Shown one piece after another: positions 24,942 to 39,414 of a DNA stretch of 64,000 nucleotides. Location: the NCBI GenBank assembly GCA_033442325.1, contig JAWQFM010000002.1:737865-801864 (forward strand), in the 5' to 3' direction. Under the pieces are notes generated by a model that saw only the letters and a program-made list of their open reading frames with translations, was not told where the DNA came from and searched no databases. This DNA is from Salpingoeca rosetta. Taxonomy: Eukaryota > Protista > Choanoflagellata. The position numbers and the translations under genes are program-made. Each line of letters starts with the position of its first letter. Positions within the stretch are counted from its first letter, which is position 1.

Positions 24942-26468
24942 TCACATGCAGTATCTGTCTGATTTCATCTTTGCGCGTCGGTCAAGGAGTGCTTCGTGCA
25001 ACTTGCCCTCCTGCTTCGCCCGCTTGAGGTCGTTCGCATCCCCGCCCGACAGTCGCAGCTTCCCGTCCTGCCAGCTCTGGAACCTGCAGTGCAGCACGGG
25101 GGAAGAGAGCATCGTGAGTGAGGCGGGGGGGGGGGGGGTTGGTGAGTGAGACGCGTGTGGTGTGAGACGCGTGGGGCGAAATTGAAGATGAAGCAGCTGC
25201 ATGTCTGATGCAGATCAAGTGCGCGCACACAAAGTGCTCACGATCATGCACGCACACGCACACAAAAAACAAACGCACACGCACACGTACACGCACACGC
25301 ACACGCAAACAAGTGCACACACGCGAACACGCTGCAAGCGTACCTGCGAGCGATCTTTGACTCTGTGGTTGTGAGGCCTGTTTCGTCCTCCACATCATAG
25401 GCGTCACCAATGGGTTTCTTCTCCTTCTTCCTCTCCGCACACGACCATAGCTTGAAGTGCGTGTTGCCTTCCCCAACGGCACTGCTGCACTTGGCCTTCT
25501 CGCCAGGTGCCACCTCAAGCACCTTCTTGTTGGGCCCTTGGAAGAGTACCAGCCCCTGCAATCGCCAACAACAACAGAGCGGCCACAAGTTGTGGGTCAG
25601 TGAGGTCAGTGAGGTCAGTGAAGACAGTGTGGAAACGAGGATGAACATCAAGATACACGCACCTTACAAGCGCCCTCGTACAACGTGTGCAGCCACGGCA
25701 CACACTTGCACATACGCACATACTTGCACACACACGCACACACACACGCACACACACGCACTTGCACACACTCGCACACATACACACATACACACACACA
25801 CACACACTTGCACGCACACCTCGTCGTCAAAGATGGGCTGCCAGAGCTCGAGTGCTCCGATAGCCTCCTTCAGGCCGGTCACGTCGCCAGACTCCGATTC
25901 CACAGACAAGAAGCGGTTGAAGGGCGTCTTGATGGCAACGCGGTTATCGGACACGCACATGATGGTGAGGATCTCCTGCACATCTGGGCCTTCGCTGTTC
26001 TTGGTGGATTCCCCGACAGATACGGTGCCGTTGTCCAACGCAATCACGTACTTCCCACTCTCGCTCTCCATGATGACGTTTCCTGTCAGGTCCTCTGGGC
26101 GCTTCACCTGCCACCATGCCCCTGTAAAACCAAACATGGAAGTGCACAGCCAAACCACACATCAGCTCAAGAAGGCACGTGCAAGTACAGCAACTCGCCA
26201 CACACAACACCACCACATCACACACACACACACAACACACGCACGCACACATCACGGCACAAAACAAATTGACAGACATCACACACACGCACAACAGACA
26301 CACACATCACACTGGACACTCACCATGGCGAAGGGGTTCTTGGCGCTCCGCCTCCTTGTGTTTGCGTTTGGCCTTATTCTTTTTCTTCTTCTTCTTCTTG
26401 TGACTCGATGCGTCCTTTCCGCCCTTGAACTTGAGCGCTGATGCCCTCACAGCACCATAGTCGCTCAT
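24942..26468 (-). CDS. FRG1: FRG1 protein (fascin-like domain)
   Basis: N-terminus [17 protein letters not shown] followed by a poly-Lys stretch. Core: [38 protein letters not shown]-terminus [28 protein letters not shown]. Confidence 0.92.
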
Positions 26469-26639
26469 CGCGTTTGGGGCTGGCTGGGGCTGGCTGGTGT
26501 TCGTTCGCTCGCTTCTTCCTCTTTCTCCTCTTCTTCTTCTTCGTTGTCGTTTGTGTGGTTGATTGTAGATAAGTGGCTAATGATTCCACACAGAAATCGG
26601 TGGCGCGGAAAGGAAGAAGACCGGACTGCTGCGAGCGAG

Positions 26640-28121
26640 ATGGTCAGGCAGTGGCGGTTTGTCGCAGTCGTTGGTGGTTGTCGCAGTCGTTGGTGGTTGG
26701 TGGTGGGTTCAGCTCAGTCAGCTGGACATGGGTTTGGCTGGTGCTGCGGCAAAGTGCATGTTCTCACCCTTGCCGTCGTTGTACGAATCGCTGTTGAGTC
26801 CTCACATGGCTGCTGGTTGCTTGTGCGTGACGGAGTAGTTGCGGTTCGAGGCAGAGGATGAGGTGAGCAGCGATGCGCAGCAGCAGGCCCTCGATGAAGC
26901 GCGCAAGAAGCAGAAGCAGCGACGCGCGCGCTTGCATGGGCTGGCCGCCCGCGTCAAGGAGGCATTGCAGCTCAGCGCACTCAAGCATCTTGCCTTGGCA
27001 GAAGAGACCCTGGAGCAAGTATCGACTGACCTCGAATCCTTTCACTTAGAGGTGCGACGCACGCCATGGTGGTGCGAACTGGGGCGTGTGCTCTCACCTT
27101 TTCTGGTTATCTTCTTTGCCAATGAATCTAGCATGAGCTCACCTTTCTGGCACACACCCATACATGTATGTGAATTTGTCTGTATGTTTCTGTGTGTCTG
27201 TCTGTTTCTGTGTGTCTGTGTGTCTGTGTGTTTATTTCTCCGGCTGTCTGTGCGTCTGCCTGCCTGTTTACTTCTCCGGCTGTCCGCGTGTCTGCCTGTG
27301 GTTTCGGTGCTGGTATTGGTATGCAGGGTGCCATTGGCGATGAGCTGGGTCGACAGCTGCAGGAGCTCAAGTACACCACAGCGTCGGAGCTTGGCTCCCT
27401 GTATCTGCGGCGGAACAACATCGACGCTGCTGTGCAAACACTGACCAAAGCCATCAATCTCGCAACCACAGACAGTGAGTGGCATGCATGCAATCACTTT
27501 GTCGCTCGCTCGTGTGCATGTGGTCACATCTCGTTCAGCGTGCATGCGTGTGTGTGCGTGTGTGCGTGCGTGTATGTGTGTGTGTGTGTGCTGTTGTGGC
27601 TCACACACGACCATCCATGCAGACTACATGCTGTGGTACAAGGCTGGCATGGCGTACAAGGCGGCCCATCAGTGGCACCAGGCACGCATCTGCTTTGAAG
27701 AGGTCAGCGTTCACTCTGTTTGCTGCTGTACACCAGCCTACATACCCTCATGCGTTTGCCGTCAACATGAACTCACATGCCAGTGTCTGCCCCACAACAG
27801 GCCATGTCTCTCTCCTCAATGTCGCACACGCCATCAGTGAGGGAGCTCCACTCCTGCCTGGGACGCCTGGACGACGCAGATGCCCAGCGTGCACTGCAAC
27901 AGCGGTGTGTGTGTGTGTGTATGTGACTGTATGTGGGGGCTCTATGTGTGCGCATGAAGACGCACAGGGGTGCTTGGTCCCTCATTTGCCCTGCTCGTGA
28001 CACTTACACAGATGTGATACATCTAACCCTAGGTGCCCATGGGATGTGTTGTCGTGATCAGATTCCCCGATGTGCACTTTTCGGCTTTACCTGAAGCAGC
28101 TGCTGTCCATGCTGCACCACC

Positions 28122-28180
<59 letters not shown>

Positions 28181-31100
28181 CGCTGTCGCCGCCAGTTCAA
28201 GTTTGTCTCCGCTGCCTCACCTGGCCAGGGTACGGCAACACAACCAACACATGCGTCCGTGTGCACGGCCTCCTGTATTCATTTCGGCACTCTCTTCGTC
28301 AAATTGCACATGCTTCTGTGCATCTGTGCATCTGTGTGTGTGTGTGTGTTTGTGTGTGTTTTGTATTTGCTCCTCTCTCTGCACCTCTTCCTCCCCTCAT
28401 CTCATGCCACGACATCAAACCGCCCTGCTACTGCCGGCAGCATCATGGAAGTGCTGCGAGACCACGTGAGCCAGCATGGCGTTGATGCTCCGGTTCGCGT
28501 CTCGTGCATTCCCTCCCGCACCGTCTTCCAACAGCTCAAGGTAGCGTCGCGTGGTGCCACGTCAAACGTTGTTCCTGTCGGCCCAACTGATGCTGCTGCT
28601 GCTTAGCTGGGTCTCTCCTCATTCCTTGCCCCCTGTGCTTCCGTTCTCTCGCGCACACACACACACGCGCGCGCACACATTTACACATACACACATTTAC
28701 ACACACACACCAACACAAACACGCCCGCTCGCCCGCACACACACACTCACACACTCACACACACACATTTACTCACACACACAAACACAAACACGTTTGC
28801 ACTCTCGCGCATGCTGACGGCCGTGTCAGATGTCAGCCGCTGAGAGTGAAGCAGGCACGAATAAGAGGACGAGCAATGAGGGCCAGCACAATGGTGGCGA
28901 TGGCGATGGCAACGACGGACGCACACGTGATGGTGCGCTTGGATCAGCAGAGACAACAACGTCAACACCAACGACAGCGACATCAACACAGCCAACAGCG
29001 ACAGCACAGCAGGCAGCGTTAACCGCGCAGCGCATGCCTACATCGCCTGACGTGTTTTGTTCATCCGATATCAACGACTCCCAAGCGCCGACAGCAACAG
29101 ATTCTCAGGTGTCGGTCACGCTCTCACAGCTCACCGATGAGTGCACACAGTCGCAGTCACAATCACAACCACGCGCGAGTGGTGCCCGAGTTGTGCTTGC
29201 AGGCACAGCCGTGGCATCATCTTCCGCAGCCCTGCTGTCGTCCTCGTTGACGCTGAGCGGTGGTGCGCCCTCAGCCAAACGAGCAAAGACGACACGTATG
29301 CACCAGCAGCAACGTGGCGAGGATGTTCACTGCATCGATGATGATGATGGTGGTGATGATGGTGATGATGATGGTGATGATGACGACGCCGAGAGTGGTG
29401 GTGGTGGTGGTGGTGGTGGTGGCAAAGGCGCGAAGTGGCCAACGCCAGCCAAGCGACTGACACGTGCAGCGAGCCGGCGCAAACGCGAGGAGGAAATACA
29501 GCAGCAGCGGGAGGAGAAGCGACAACAGATGAGAGCAGCGCGAGCATCCGCCCGTCGCTCAAAACGACTCGCAAACGCAGGTGAGCAAGGACATGTGTCG
29601 GAGGGAGGTGTGGAAGGGGCACGCTCGTATGGCTCTGCTTCCTCCATCTACCATTTATTGCATGCACTGAGCTTTCACGCAAATTGTTCCACATTCCAAC
29701 ATGCCACTCACCGGCACACGTTCCCACAACGCACGATAATGTCACCCCATTACGCTTCCGTATCACAACAACGCCACCCCATGACGACCAGCGACCATCC
29801 CTGACGACGACGACGGCGACTTTGTGGCCAACCCGCCCGGTGGCGCTGTCGCCCTGAAGCGGAGCTTGAGCCGGCAGCGCAACCTCAACCGCCAGCAACG
29901 CTCGCTCGTGCTTGAGCTGAAGATGCTTCTCGATGATGACGTGCGCGCCATGGTCGATGGCGGTGATGGCAGTGGTGGTGATGGCAGTGGCAGTGGTGGT
30001 GGAAGTAGTCGGTCGCGATCGGCGCATTCGACGCCAGCGCGCAGTCGCACACCGCAAGGTAGTGGTGCACTCGTGTCAGCCGATGATGGTAATGGCGGTG
30101 ATGATGGTGTGGCGTTACAGTCACAGGCCATCCTGTCGCTCTTCCGCTCGCCGAAATACTTCAACGGTATGTGAGCACATCTTGTGCAGGTATGACGCTG
30201 CTGCTGGTGCGGCTGCTGCTGCTGGTACTATTGGGGTTGTGTGCAGGACACCATTGTTGTATCCTATGCCGCCTGACACTGCTGTACACATACATGCGCA
30301 GAAACATACACGCGCGCGTGCACACTCTCTTTCACACCTCCCGTTGTGTCACTTGCTGCATGACAGACGGGACGGAGTGGATGTGTGCAGTGCTGTCAGC
30401 AATGACGAGCGCAGCCGGTCGTTTGGAGATGCACAACACCCTCTCCCCCACCGCTACTGCCGCCATCAACCAACAGCTGCAGACCTACGTCCGCATTGAC
30501 ACGTCGCTCCTGCCCGCCCTGTGCGAAGCAGTGCAGCTGCACACCCCGTCCATCGCTGACATGGCGCCGAACGCTGATGCTGCCACTCAGTCAACAACAA
30601 CAGCAATCACCACACAGTCAACAACAACAGCAGCAACGGCAACAACAGCAACAACAGCAGTAGCAGCCACAACAACAGACACTGCATCATCGCCAGCAGC
30701 AGCAGCAGCGGTCAGCGCACCACCGGCTGCCGCGCATGTGTTCGCAGACGCGCTGCTTGCAGGCACGGAGATTGTTGTTGACGCGATGCTGTTGAGCGAG
30801 GCAAAAAACACGCCCAAACGTGGCAGCAGCAGCAAAACCAGTGGCAGCAGCAAGAAGAAGGACAAGGAGAAGGAGAAGGATGGTGCTGAAACCACGACGA
30901 CAAGCAACAACAAGGACAATGGCGACAACGCTACTGCTGCTGCTGCTGATGGCACTGCGCCAACACCTGTGGAGTTGGAGCCCACGTGGGTTGAGCGTGT
31001 TCAGTTTGTGAATCGAGGGCTGATTGTGCTGCGAACCTGGCACACGCTCGTGCACGAGCACGCAATGACCGCCGCAGGTCAGCAGCAATCGGTCGTCACA

Positions 31101-32101
31101 GTTGGCGATGACGATGACAGCAACAGCGGCGATGCGAGCAAACACATGCAAACGCTCCCTGACGATGCTGACGAAGCAGACAATCGTGCTGACAACACAG
31201 CAGCGTCGAAAGCACTGGACTGGGAGGTGCGGCTTGCGTGGCTGAATGCCATGTTTGCACGAGCCCTCCACCTCCACTCCAGCAAGGAACCGCAATCGCA
31301 ATCCACATCACAAACAACAGCAACAACAACAGCAGCAGCAACGTGTGACGGCGGTGATGGTGCGGCCACCGACGCGCAGCATGATCTTGAAGAGAAGGTG
31401 TGCGGTGTGTGTTAAGTGAAGTGCGTGTGCATGTGTGTGAAGTGTGTGACGTGTGCATGTGTGTGATGTGTGTGTGTGTGAATTGTGTGTGTGTGTGTGT
31501 CTGACATGTGGTCGCTGTTGAACATCAAACGAGTACGAATTCACTTCTCTCAATCGTGTCCGAACACGTGCATGCACACCCTGTTCAGGCGTACCTTGAC
31601 GAGCAGCATGTGTGGCTGCGAACGACACGTGATATGCTCGCCCATATCTCGGGCAACCAGCTTCTTCTTCCACATACCGCCTCCTTGTACGTGCTTTTGT
31701 ACATGCACACATGCATCCATCCATCCATTTATACACTCACACACACACACACACATATTCATGTTGCAGCTGCGTGGATGATTGCTGTGGCTATGAACAC
31801 GATTGCTGCTTGTCTCACACTCATACAGGGACACTGTGGACATACACATTCTCACATTCACACATTCATGAACACACACACACACGCACGCACGCACACA
31901 CACGCCAGCCCCGCTGTCAGGACCGGTGTTGTTGATGTTCTTCTGGCGGAGGCGGAGGTCGATCGCATGCGATCACAGGCCGCCGTCCACTTCAACGCAG
32001 GCGAACACGCGCGCGTGTGCCAGCTCCTCTTTCCTGTTCGCGGTTCGTGTGTGTGCCTGTCTCTCTGTCTGTGTATCTGTCTGTATGTATGTATGTCTGT
32101 T

Positions 32102-32138
<37 letters not shown>

Positions 32139-35100
32139 GCCTGTCTCTCTGTCTGTGTATCTGTCTGTCTGTGTATCTGTCTGTATGTCTGTCTTTCTTT
32201 CTCTCTGCTTGTGCGTGTGTATCATCTGCTATGTTGTGCTTTCTGCGTGACTGTATTCAGTGATACTGCGCCGTTTTGGTCATGACGGCACGTGTTCATT
32301 ATTATTTTTGTCTTTCCCCCACGCAGACCACCTGCTGCACACGGATGAGGAGCGACTGACAAGTCTCAACCAACTGCAAACGTCACAGCGCGCGTGCGGA
32401 CAGTACACACGTGCTTTCCAAACGCTGGCTGACGTGTTTCATCTGCGTGCCCGCTCTCCCATGTTTTTTCGCTCCCCAACAAAGCTTGAGGACTGGACGC
32501 AAGGTGATGATGAGTTGATGCTGTTGTGTGCACCAGCAGAGAGCGATTACTGCCGTCCCATGTACATTGCACCTTGCACACGACGTCACTTGCGTCAACC
32601 TACCCCTTGCTGTCGTGTCGTTGCAGTGCCTCTTCTCACGACCACATGCAAATGTATGCCTGCGCGTGCATGCACATGCTTTCTTCCCCAGCGCTGTGCG
32701 AGTGTGTCATGCAGCTGTGGCCGCGCAACAAGCAACAAGGCGGCAACAACACAACCGCAGACAATGCAAGCGGTCTCCATGATGCCACTCATGCCGCGAA
32801 TGCTGCTGTTGACAGTGGTGACACCGTGCACACTGGCGCTCGTGGCTTCACCACTACTTGTCATGGTGATGATGATGACCATAACGATCATGATCATCAT
32901 AACAGCGATGATGGAGAACCGCTGTCGGATATTTTGTCCACACGCGGCCGCCTCCAAGCTGCCGTCTTCCGCGCGCTCCCAACCCGCGTATGTGCTGTTG
33001 ATGACATGACGCTGTGACCATATGTAATCGTGCGTCTTTGCCTGTATATGTGTGTGTGAATGACTTGCGAGACCATACTCACCCCCCCCCCCCGCACACT
33101 CACCAACGTTGCGTGCTCACAACAACAACAACGACAACAACAACAACAGAGCATGTCCTCCAACCCGGCCACCACGGCCGCTGGGGTGCGACTGCTGGCG
33201 GCGCTGACGGCGCTGCAACTCTTTGACAACAACGATGACTCCACACCAACGCTGCTGGCACTCGTGCATGAGATTGTGTACCTTGCAGGCAAGTGCGGCG
33301 GCAAGTCAGCCATAATTAACAGCGTGGTGTGGGCATTTGCCAGGCGACAACTGGACGACATCAACGCCAACATACTTGAAGTCGTGCTCATGTGGACAGA
33401 CTGCAGATTCCGCGTCAATGTCAGTCAAGGCTCTACATTTGTGTGTGTGGTGTGTGTGTCTGTGTGTGTCTGTGTCTGTGTGTATGTGTGTCTGTCTGTC
33501 TGCGTGCGTATCTGTCTCTCTGCCTCTGTCTCTTTGTCTATCTCAGTTTGCGTGCTTGATGTATCTTGTTGCGTCCAAATGTACCCTTCATTCATGATCT
33601 GTTCATTGCCGTTTGCACCCGGCGATTTCTCGACTCCATGACAGAGCGAGATGAAACAAAAGCATTCACCGGGCGACGTGGCTGCTCCGTCGGTGCGTCA
33701 ACCTTGCACATGTTGTCCACCTACACGCAAAGCAGTGCATGTTGCCTGTTACAACACACCTTGCAACCTTACTGCCTGCCCTGTTCCCCTCACACACACA
33801 CACATGTGTGTGCTTGCTCACTTCCTTCCCTCTTTGTCCCACAACACACACACAGCACACACGCACACACCGCACATGCACACGTTAACCACCGCATTCA
33901 TCCGTTTCATGCGTCAACGAGTGCAGCGCGAGGACGATAATGCAATTGCGCGGCTGCTGTACCGAGCCACATTCTTTGGTATCTCCGTCAAGCAGCGCTA
34001 CCACGAGTGGGGCAGGAACATGTGTCTCACCCGCTTCATTGCCGGCGCAGCCGTGAAGGAGCTCCGGCGTTTGTGCATGCTGCCATCCACGTCCCCGGAC
34101 TGGAGAGATCTTGAGCGCGTGCAGAAGATTATGCTGGAGGAAGAGGCGCCCCTGCCACTGCCCGTCATCGACCACTGCATCTCACTGCTCTTTGCAAAGG
34201 TGCGCGAACAACAGAGACTTTGGTGGCTTTGTGTATGTGTGCGTGTGCGTGTGCGTGTGCGTGTGGCTTTGTGTGCGTGTGCGTGTGCGTGCGTGTGTGC
34301 GTGTGTGTGTGTGTGTGTTTTGAATGTCGTGGTTACAGCTAAAGGGCTTACTTTACGTAAGCGCCATAGTACACTCTCTCACATACAAACACACACACAC
34401 ATGTATTGACACACATATGCACTCACACACACAACACACGAATGTGCGCTGTTTGCAGACGGTTGACACAGAAGAGGATCGACCATTGGAGCTGTTGTTG
34501 GCTCGCGTTCTGTGCAACCCAACACCACAATTCATTCTCGAGCAGGCAGCTGAGGCCACCGTGTTTGCCTGGAATGAGCTCAACAGCCCCTCTCCAAACG
34601 TCCTCATGGCAGACTTTGTGGTGGGTGTGCGGGGTGGGGTCGATGAGCGTTCGCGCAAGTGTCTGCGTGCGCTTTGTATCTGCCTGTCTGTGATTCAGTG
34701 TCCATTCAGCCACCATCGTCTCTGTGACAATCTGCCTATGCGTCTGTCTATGTGTCTGTCTATACGTTTGTCTACCTGCTTGCCTTATTGCTTGACTGAT
34801 AGCTGCACACGTACAGTTTCTTACACGCGTGCGCTGCTTGCATCATTCACCCGGTCCACAGCAAGTTGCGCTGTTTCTTTATCTCCAACTCCTTCGCCAC
34901 CATGAAGACGCGCTGGATCATGTCACCCGTATGCACGTTTCACTTCTCCTCCTCTCGTGTGCCGATCGCTCCATTCGCCAAATCTACAAGGTGCCCCGTC
35001 CATCACTCCTGACGTTGCACAGCTCGACGCATCTGCTCCAACGTCACCGCCGTCACCACCATCGTCTCTTTGATCTCCTCCGTCACCACCATCGTCTCTT

Positions 35101-35863
35101 TGATCTCCTCTATACTCTTGCATAGTACTCATTCATTTTCCTTGTGTATGCTCACAACCAACACACACGTATACACACACGTATACACACATGTGTGTGT
35201 CTGTCTCAGGGCCCCGTGCTTGTGCTGTCGTCCTCGTCCGCCCCGACCCCAGCGTCAACCCCAACGGTGGGACCGCCCGCACCCCCGCTGATGTTTGGCG
35301 ACAGGCGATTCGCAGCACTCGCAACGCGCATGGTGCTTGAGGCGCTCCCGCCACTCTCCATCGACACCGTCACGCACAAGGACAGCCTGAAGTCCCTACC
35401 AGACTGGACCTGGTGCGTATCTCTGTGTGTATATATGTGTGTGCGTGTATGTGTGTGCGTGTGTCTGTCTGTCTGTGTCTGTGTGTCCGTGTCTCTGTGT
35501 GTCTGTGTGTGCCTGTGTCTGTGTGCGTGTGTCTGTCTGTCTGTGTCTGTGTCTCCGTGTCTCTGTGTCTCTGTGTCTGTCTCTCTGTCTGTGTCTGTGT
35601 TCCCCTTTTTTGCGTTTTGGGCTGATTGATGTGCTGTGCTTTGAGAATGGGACAGTCGTTCGCGCCTGAATCACGACCTCGACGCGTTCTGATCGTGGTG
35701 CTCTCCATTGTTGCACATGTTGTTGTTATAGGGATGACTGGCTGTTGCGTGCGGAAGTGTGTTTTGCCGAGGGCGATTTGTCTTCTGCTCTTCTCTGTTT
35801 TGCAGTCGCTCACAAATCCGCCGGCGAGGTTGTGTGTTTGTGTGATGTGCGTGTGTGTGTGCG

Positions 35864-35934
<71 letters not shown>

Positions 35935-37190
35935 TGCGTGTGTGTGTGTGTGTGTGGTGCGTGTGTGTGTGTGTGTGTAAGATGTGCGAGTTTTCTGATG
36001 GTTACCAAGGTGCTTGTGTTTCGTGCTGTGCTGCATTGGCCTCAGCAAGCCGCTTGATCGCTAGCGTTGCTCACGTACTTCCATTTGGCCATGGCCTGTG
36101 TGTCTCCATCTGTTGTGCCACCAGCTCCCCGAGAAGCCAGACAACCACATCCACGCAGCGGAGTGCGAAACGCACTGCCGCCTCTTCTGCCGCCTGGCGG
36201 AAACTGTCATGCGCGGCCAAGAGGTGCGTTCACTGTGGACAGACAGGACTGTCAACTACATTGCATTAGAGGTCATGACACACGATCTTGCGCAACACCA
36301 CATCAACCACACATGCACATGCACACATGCACATACATACTCATACACACTCATGTACACGAACACTCATCAACGCACCCACATGCACATGCACACCACG
36401 TATTCATGCGCACGTGTGTATGCTCACACCTGTTCATGTGCCCTCGTTGTAAGCTCTACTTGGCCGAAAAGCTTGCGTTTGCCTTTGATCCCACGCAACC
36501 AAACTTGGAAACCGAGACAGCGGTGGAGCTGAGGCTGTTCTTCGAGGCGGTTTCGTCCGCGCATCTGCAGCAACAACAGCCGCAGCATATAACAGAGCGA
36601 CGACAGCAGCTGATGATGAAGATTGCACAAGAGCTCTTCAAGCATATTCGTCGATTGCAACACTACAATCACAATGCGCGCTTGTGCTTGGCCGACATGT
36701 TTCTGCGTCACCAACTTCCGCAAGCGGCACACGCTGTTCTGGACCCATTGCTCGTGTTCACACCCCAGGTCATACATGCCCCCCCCCAGCGATGTGTCTC
36801 GCACTTACACTTGCTTGCGCTTCCTGATTTGTGTGTGTCTGTGTGTCTGTGTGTCTGTGTCTGTGTCTGTGTGTGTGCGTGTGTCTGTCTGTCTGTGTGT
36901 GTCTGTGTGTGTGTGTGTGGCTGTCTATGTGTTTGTGTGTTCGTCTGTCTGTCTGTCAGTACGCTTGTATGTCTCTCGCTTTGCTTGTGTGAGTGTGTGT
37001 CTGTCTGGCATCGCCCAGGTTGTGGCGTGTCTCTTGGAAAATATACTCACAAGCAGTCTACTTACCTCTGTTCTCACCTCACCACAACAGGCGAAGCTGT
37101 TTGAGGTGTGGGTATGGTCTGTCGACTGTGTCAATACCATCGTGCAGCCACCTCGAAAGTAAGCGAGAATCGCACGTCTGCTGTGTTTTT

Positions 37191-37241
<51 letters not shown>

Positions 37242-38900
37242 CACACACACCACTTTGAGTGTTTGTTGACAGGATCTTGCCCCCATGACATGATGTTCAC
37301 CTGAACGCAGCTCAAACACGCACTCCCTTGCTCACCCACATTTCTCTCATTGCTGCTTTCTGGTTGTATTTGCACACCCAAGACGCGTGAAAGTGTGTGC
37401 AGAGATCACCCACAAGTGGCTGGCGGCAGTTGCGTTGATGCTTGCGCGCGACCAGCCTGCATTGGAACACGTGTCTACGCCACCCACCACTGCCCTTGTC
37501 CGTCTCCTCCACAAATTGCAGCGGCAGAAGGATGTCGGTGACACAACAAAACAACATCTGACGGCAAGCGCGCTCAACGCGTTTATCCACCATGTGCTTC
37601 TCCGTGACCCTTCATCCGAAACGAACTGGTCTGACCTTGCAGACATTGTGAAGGACTGCACCAAGCAACCGCCTTCCCCACCTGTCGCCAAGCGATTGCT
37701 GGGCATTGTCGCTGTTATCGACGCGCAGGCGCACGCAGCCGCCCTGCCCTCACCACGTACGCCCTGTGTGCATGTGTGTGTGTGTGTCTGTGTCTGTGTC
37801 TGTGTCTGTGTGAGTGTCTCCGTCTGCCTGTCTGTCTGCGTATGTGTGCGTGTATATGTTTTTCCTGTGTCTATTGACATCCCCAAACACGACCCCATGT
37901 CTCCACCGGCCAACAATCCCACTCATCTCTCCTCTCCTCTGCTTGATTGATCAGTGGTGTGCAAGAGCATGTGCGACATCATACTTCGTCTTCAGGATAT
38001 CGACATTCCCATCTCCAACTTGATGGGCTGTCTTGACAGTGTTGTCACCGCGTTTGCTGCGTCTGTTCGAGCAGCCTTGATTGCAGACAAGGAAGCAGGT
38101 ATGTGCATGATTGAGTGTTTGGTTTTATTTGTGTGCACATGTGTGCATGTGCGTGCATGTGCGTGGTTTGTCAGACGTCACATACACACACACACGCACA
38201 CGCACGCACGCACACATACACGCGCGCTCACGCGCACTCTGGCACCATACCCCTTTGCTTCTTGTGAATACGTGTGTGCGCGTGGACTGCAGGCGAGCTT
38301 GGCTCGTGGGCAGAGGACGTGCGTTCGTATGTGAAGGGTCGGATGCCGGTGCTGCAAACGTCTCACAAGAGCGTGGAGCTGTGTGCACTGATGAATGTGC
38401 TCAAGGACGCACAAAAGGTGACGAGCAAGACAGCGCATGCTTCACGCTCCTCCAGCAAGGCCGGCTCTGTGTCACACGAAGGTACATCCGCAGCATCAGC
38501 AGCCGGAACAACCGCGAACACCACAACATCGACAGCGGCGACACCAAACACTGCAACTGTGACAACAGGGGACGAGACGACCACCACAGCCAACAGCCAA
38601 CAGCAGCAGCAACAACAGCAACAACAACAACAAAAGCAGACCAACCAGGGAGTCAGCGAGGCTGAACGAGAGCAGGCACGAGCGGAGATGCAGAAAAGGC
38701 TCAAAACTGTCATCGAAGAAGGTGCGCACAGTGTGTGTGTGTATTCATGTGGTTTTGCTGTTCCTGCTGACCTCACACGCATCGCCACGTGGCCCGTTGA
38801 CTTTAGGTCTCGCTGGCGTGGATGAAAATTGCAACAGCTGATGGATGAAAGCTATGATGAGGACGAGCAACACGAGATGGATGATGATCATGACCACCAC

Positions 38901-38961
<61 letters not shown>

Positions 38962-38970
38962 CACCCGAGG
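26640..38970 (+). CDS. Large TPR protein, CABIN1/Hir3-like; many exons with low-complexity linkers; both ends approximate
   Basis: [62 protein letters not shown] resembles the CABIN1 N-terminal TPRs. Many same-strand exons with GT/AG borders continue to about 38.9 kb. This span could be more than one gene. Confidence 0.55.
38900..38960. repeat. (GAT)n microsatellite, possibly encoding poly-Asp at the end of the CABIN1-like gene
   Basis: Perfect gat run followed by a possible donor ccgag/gtgtg. Confidence 0.85.
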
Positions 38971-39414
38971 TGTGAGACCGCTGGGCCTTGTCTGTTTGTC
39001 GATCTGTATGCATGTATGCATGTCTACGCATTATCTGTCTTTTTGTCTGTCTGTGATTGCCCTTATACATTTCGCTCACTGCCACAACGTGCATGAGTTG
39101 ATTTGACGCTGTTCTTCTGTGCTGGTTGTAATCCAACTGAGAGTAAACGACGTGAATGCGGCAAACAAAAAAAAAGGCACAAACGCACAAACAAACACCA
39201 CCCGACACTCTGACAACTGCAGCTGCACACAACAACCAAACAAGTGATCAAATGCAAACTGACATCAGCGAGCAAGCAATCAGAATGATCAACCAAGGCC
39301 AAGATGGCTGTGCAAACACGCCATTCAATGTTTGTGAGGACTTGGGTGTCGGATACAGGGCTGTGTCGTGCGAAGGGTTGGTTGCATGCGCCGAGCGCGA
39401 GTGGGTGTGGGACA

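Noticed and set aside
35051-35110. Exact 30-bp tandem duplication (cgtcaccaccatcgtctctttgatctcctc x2)
   Set aside because: It is an intronic slippage duplication with no element between the copies, so it is not a target-site duplication.
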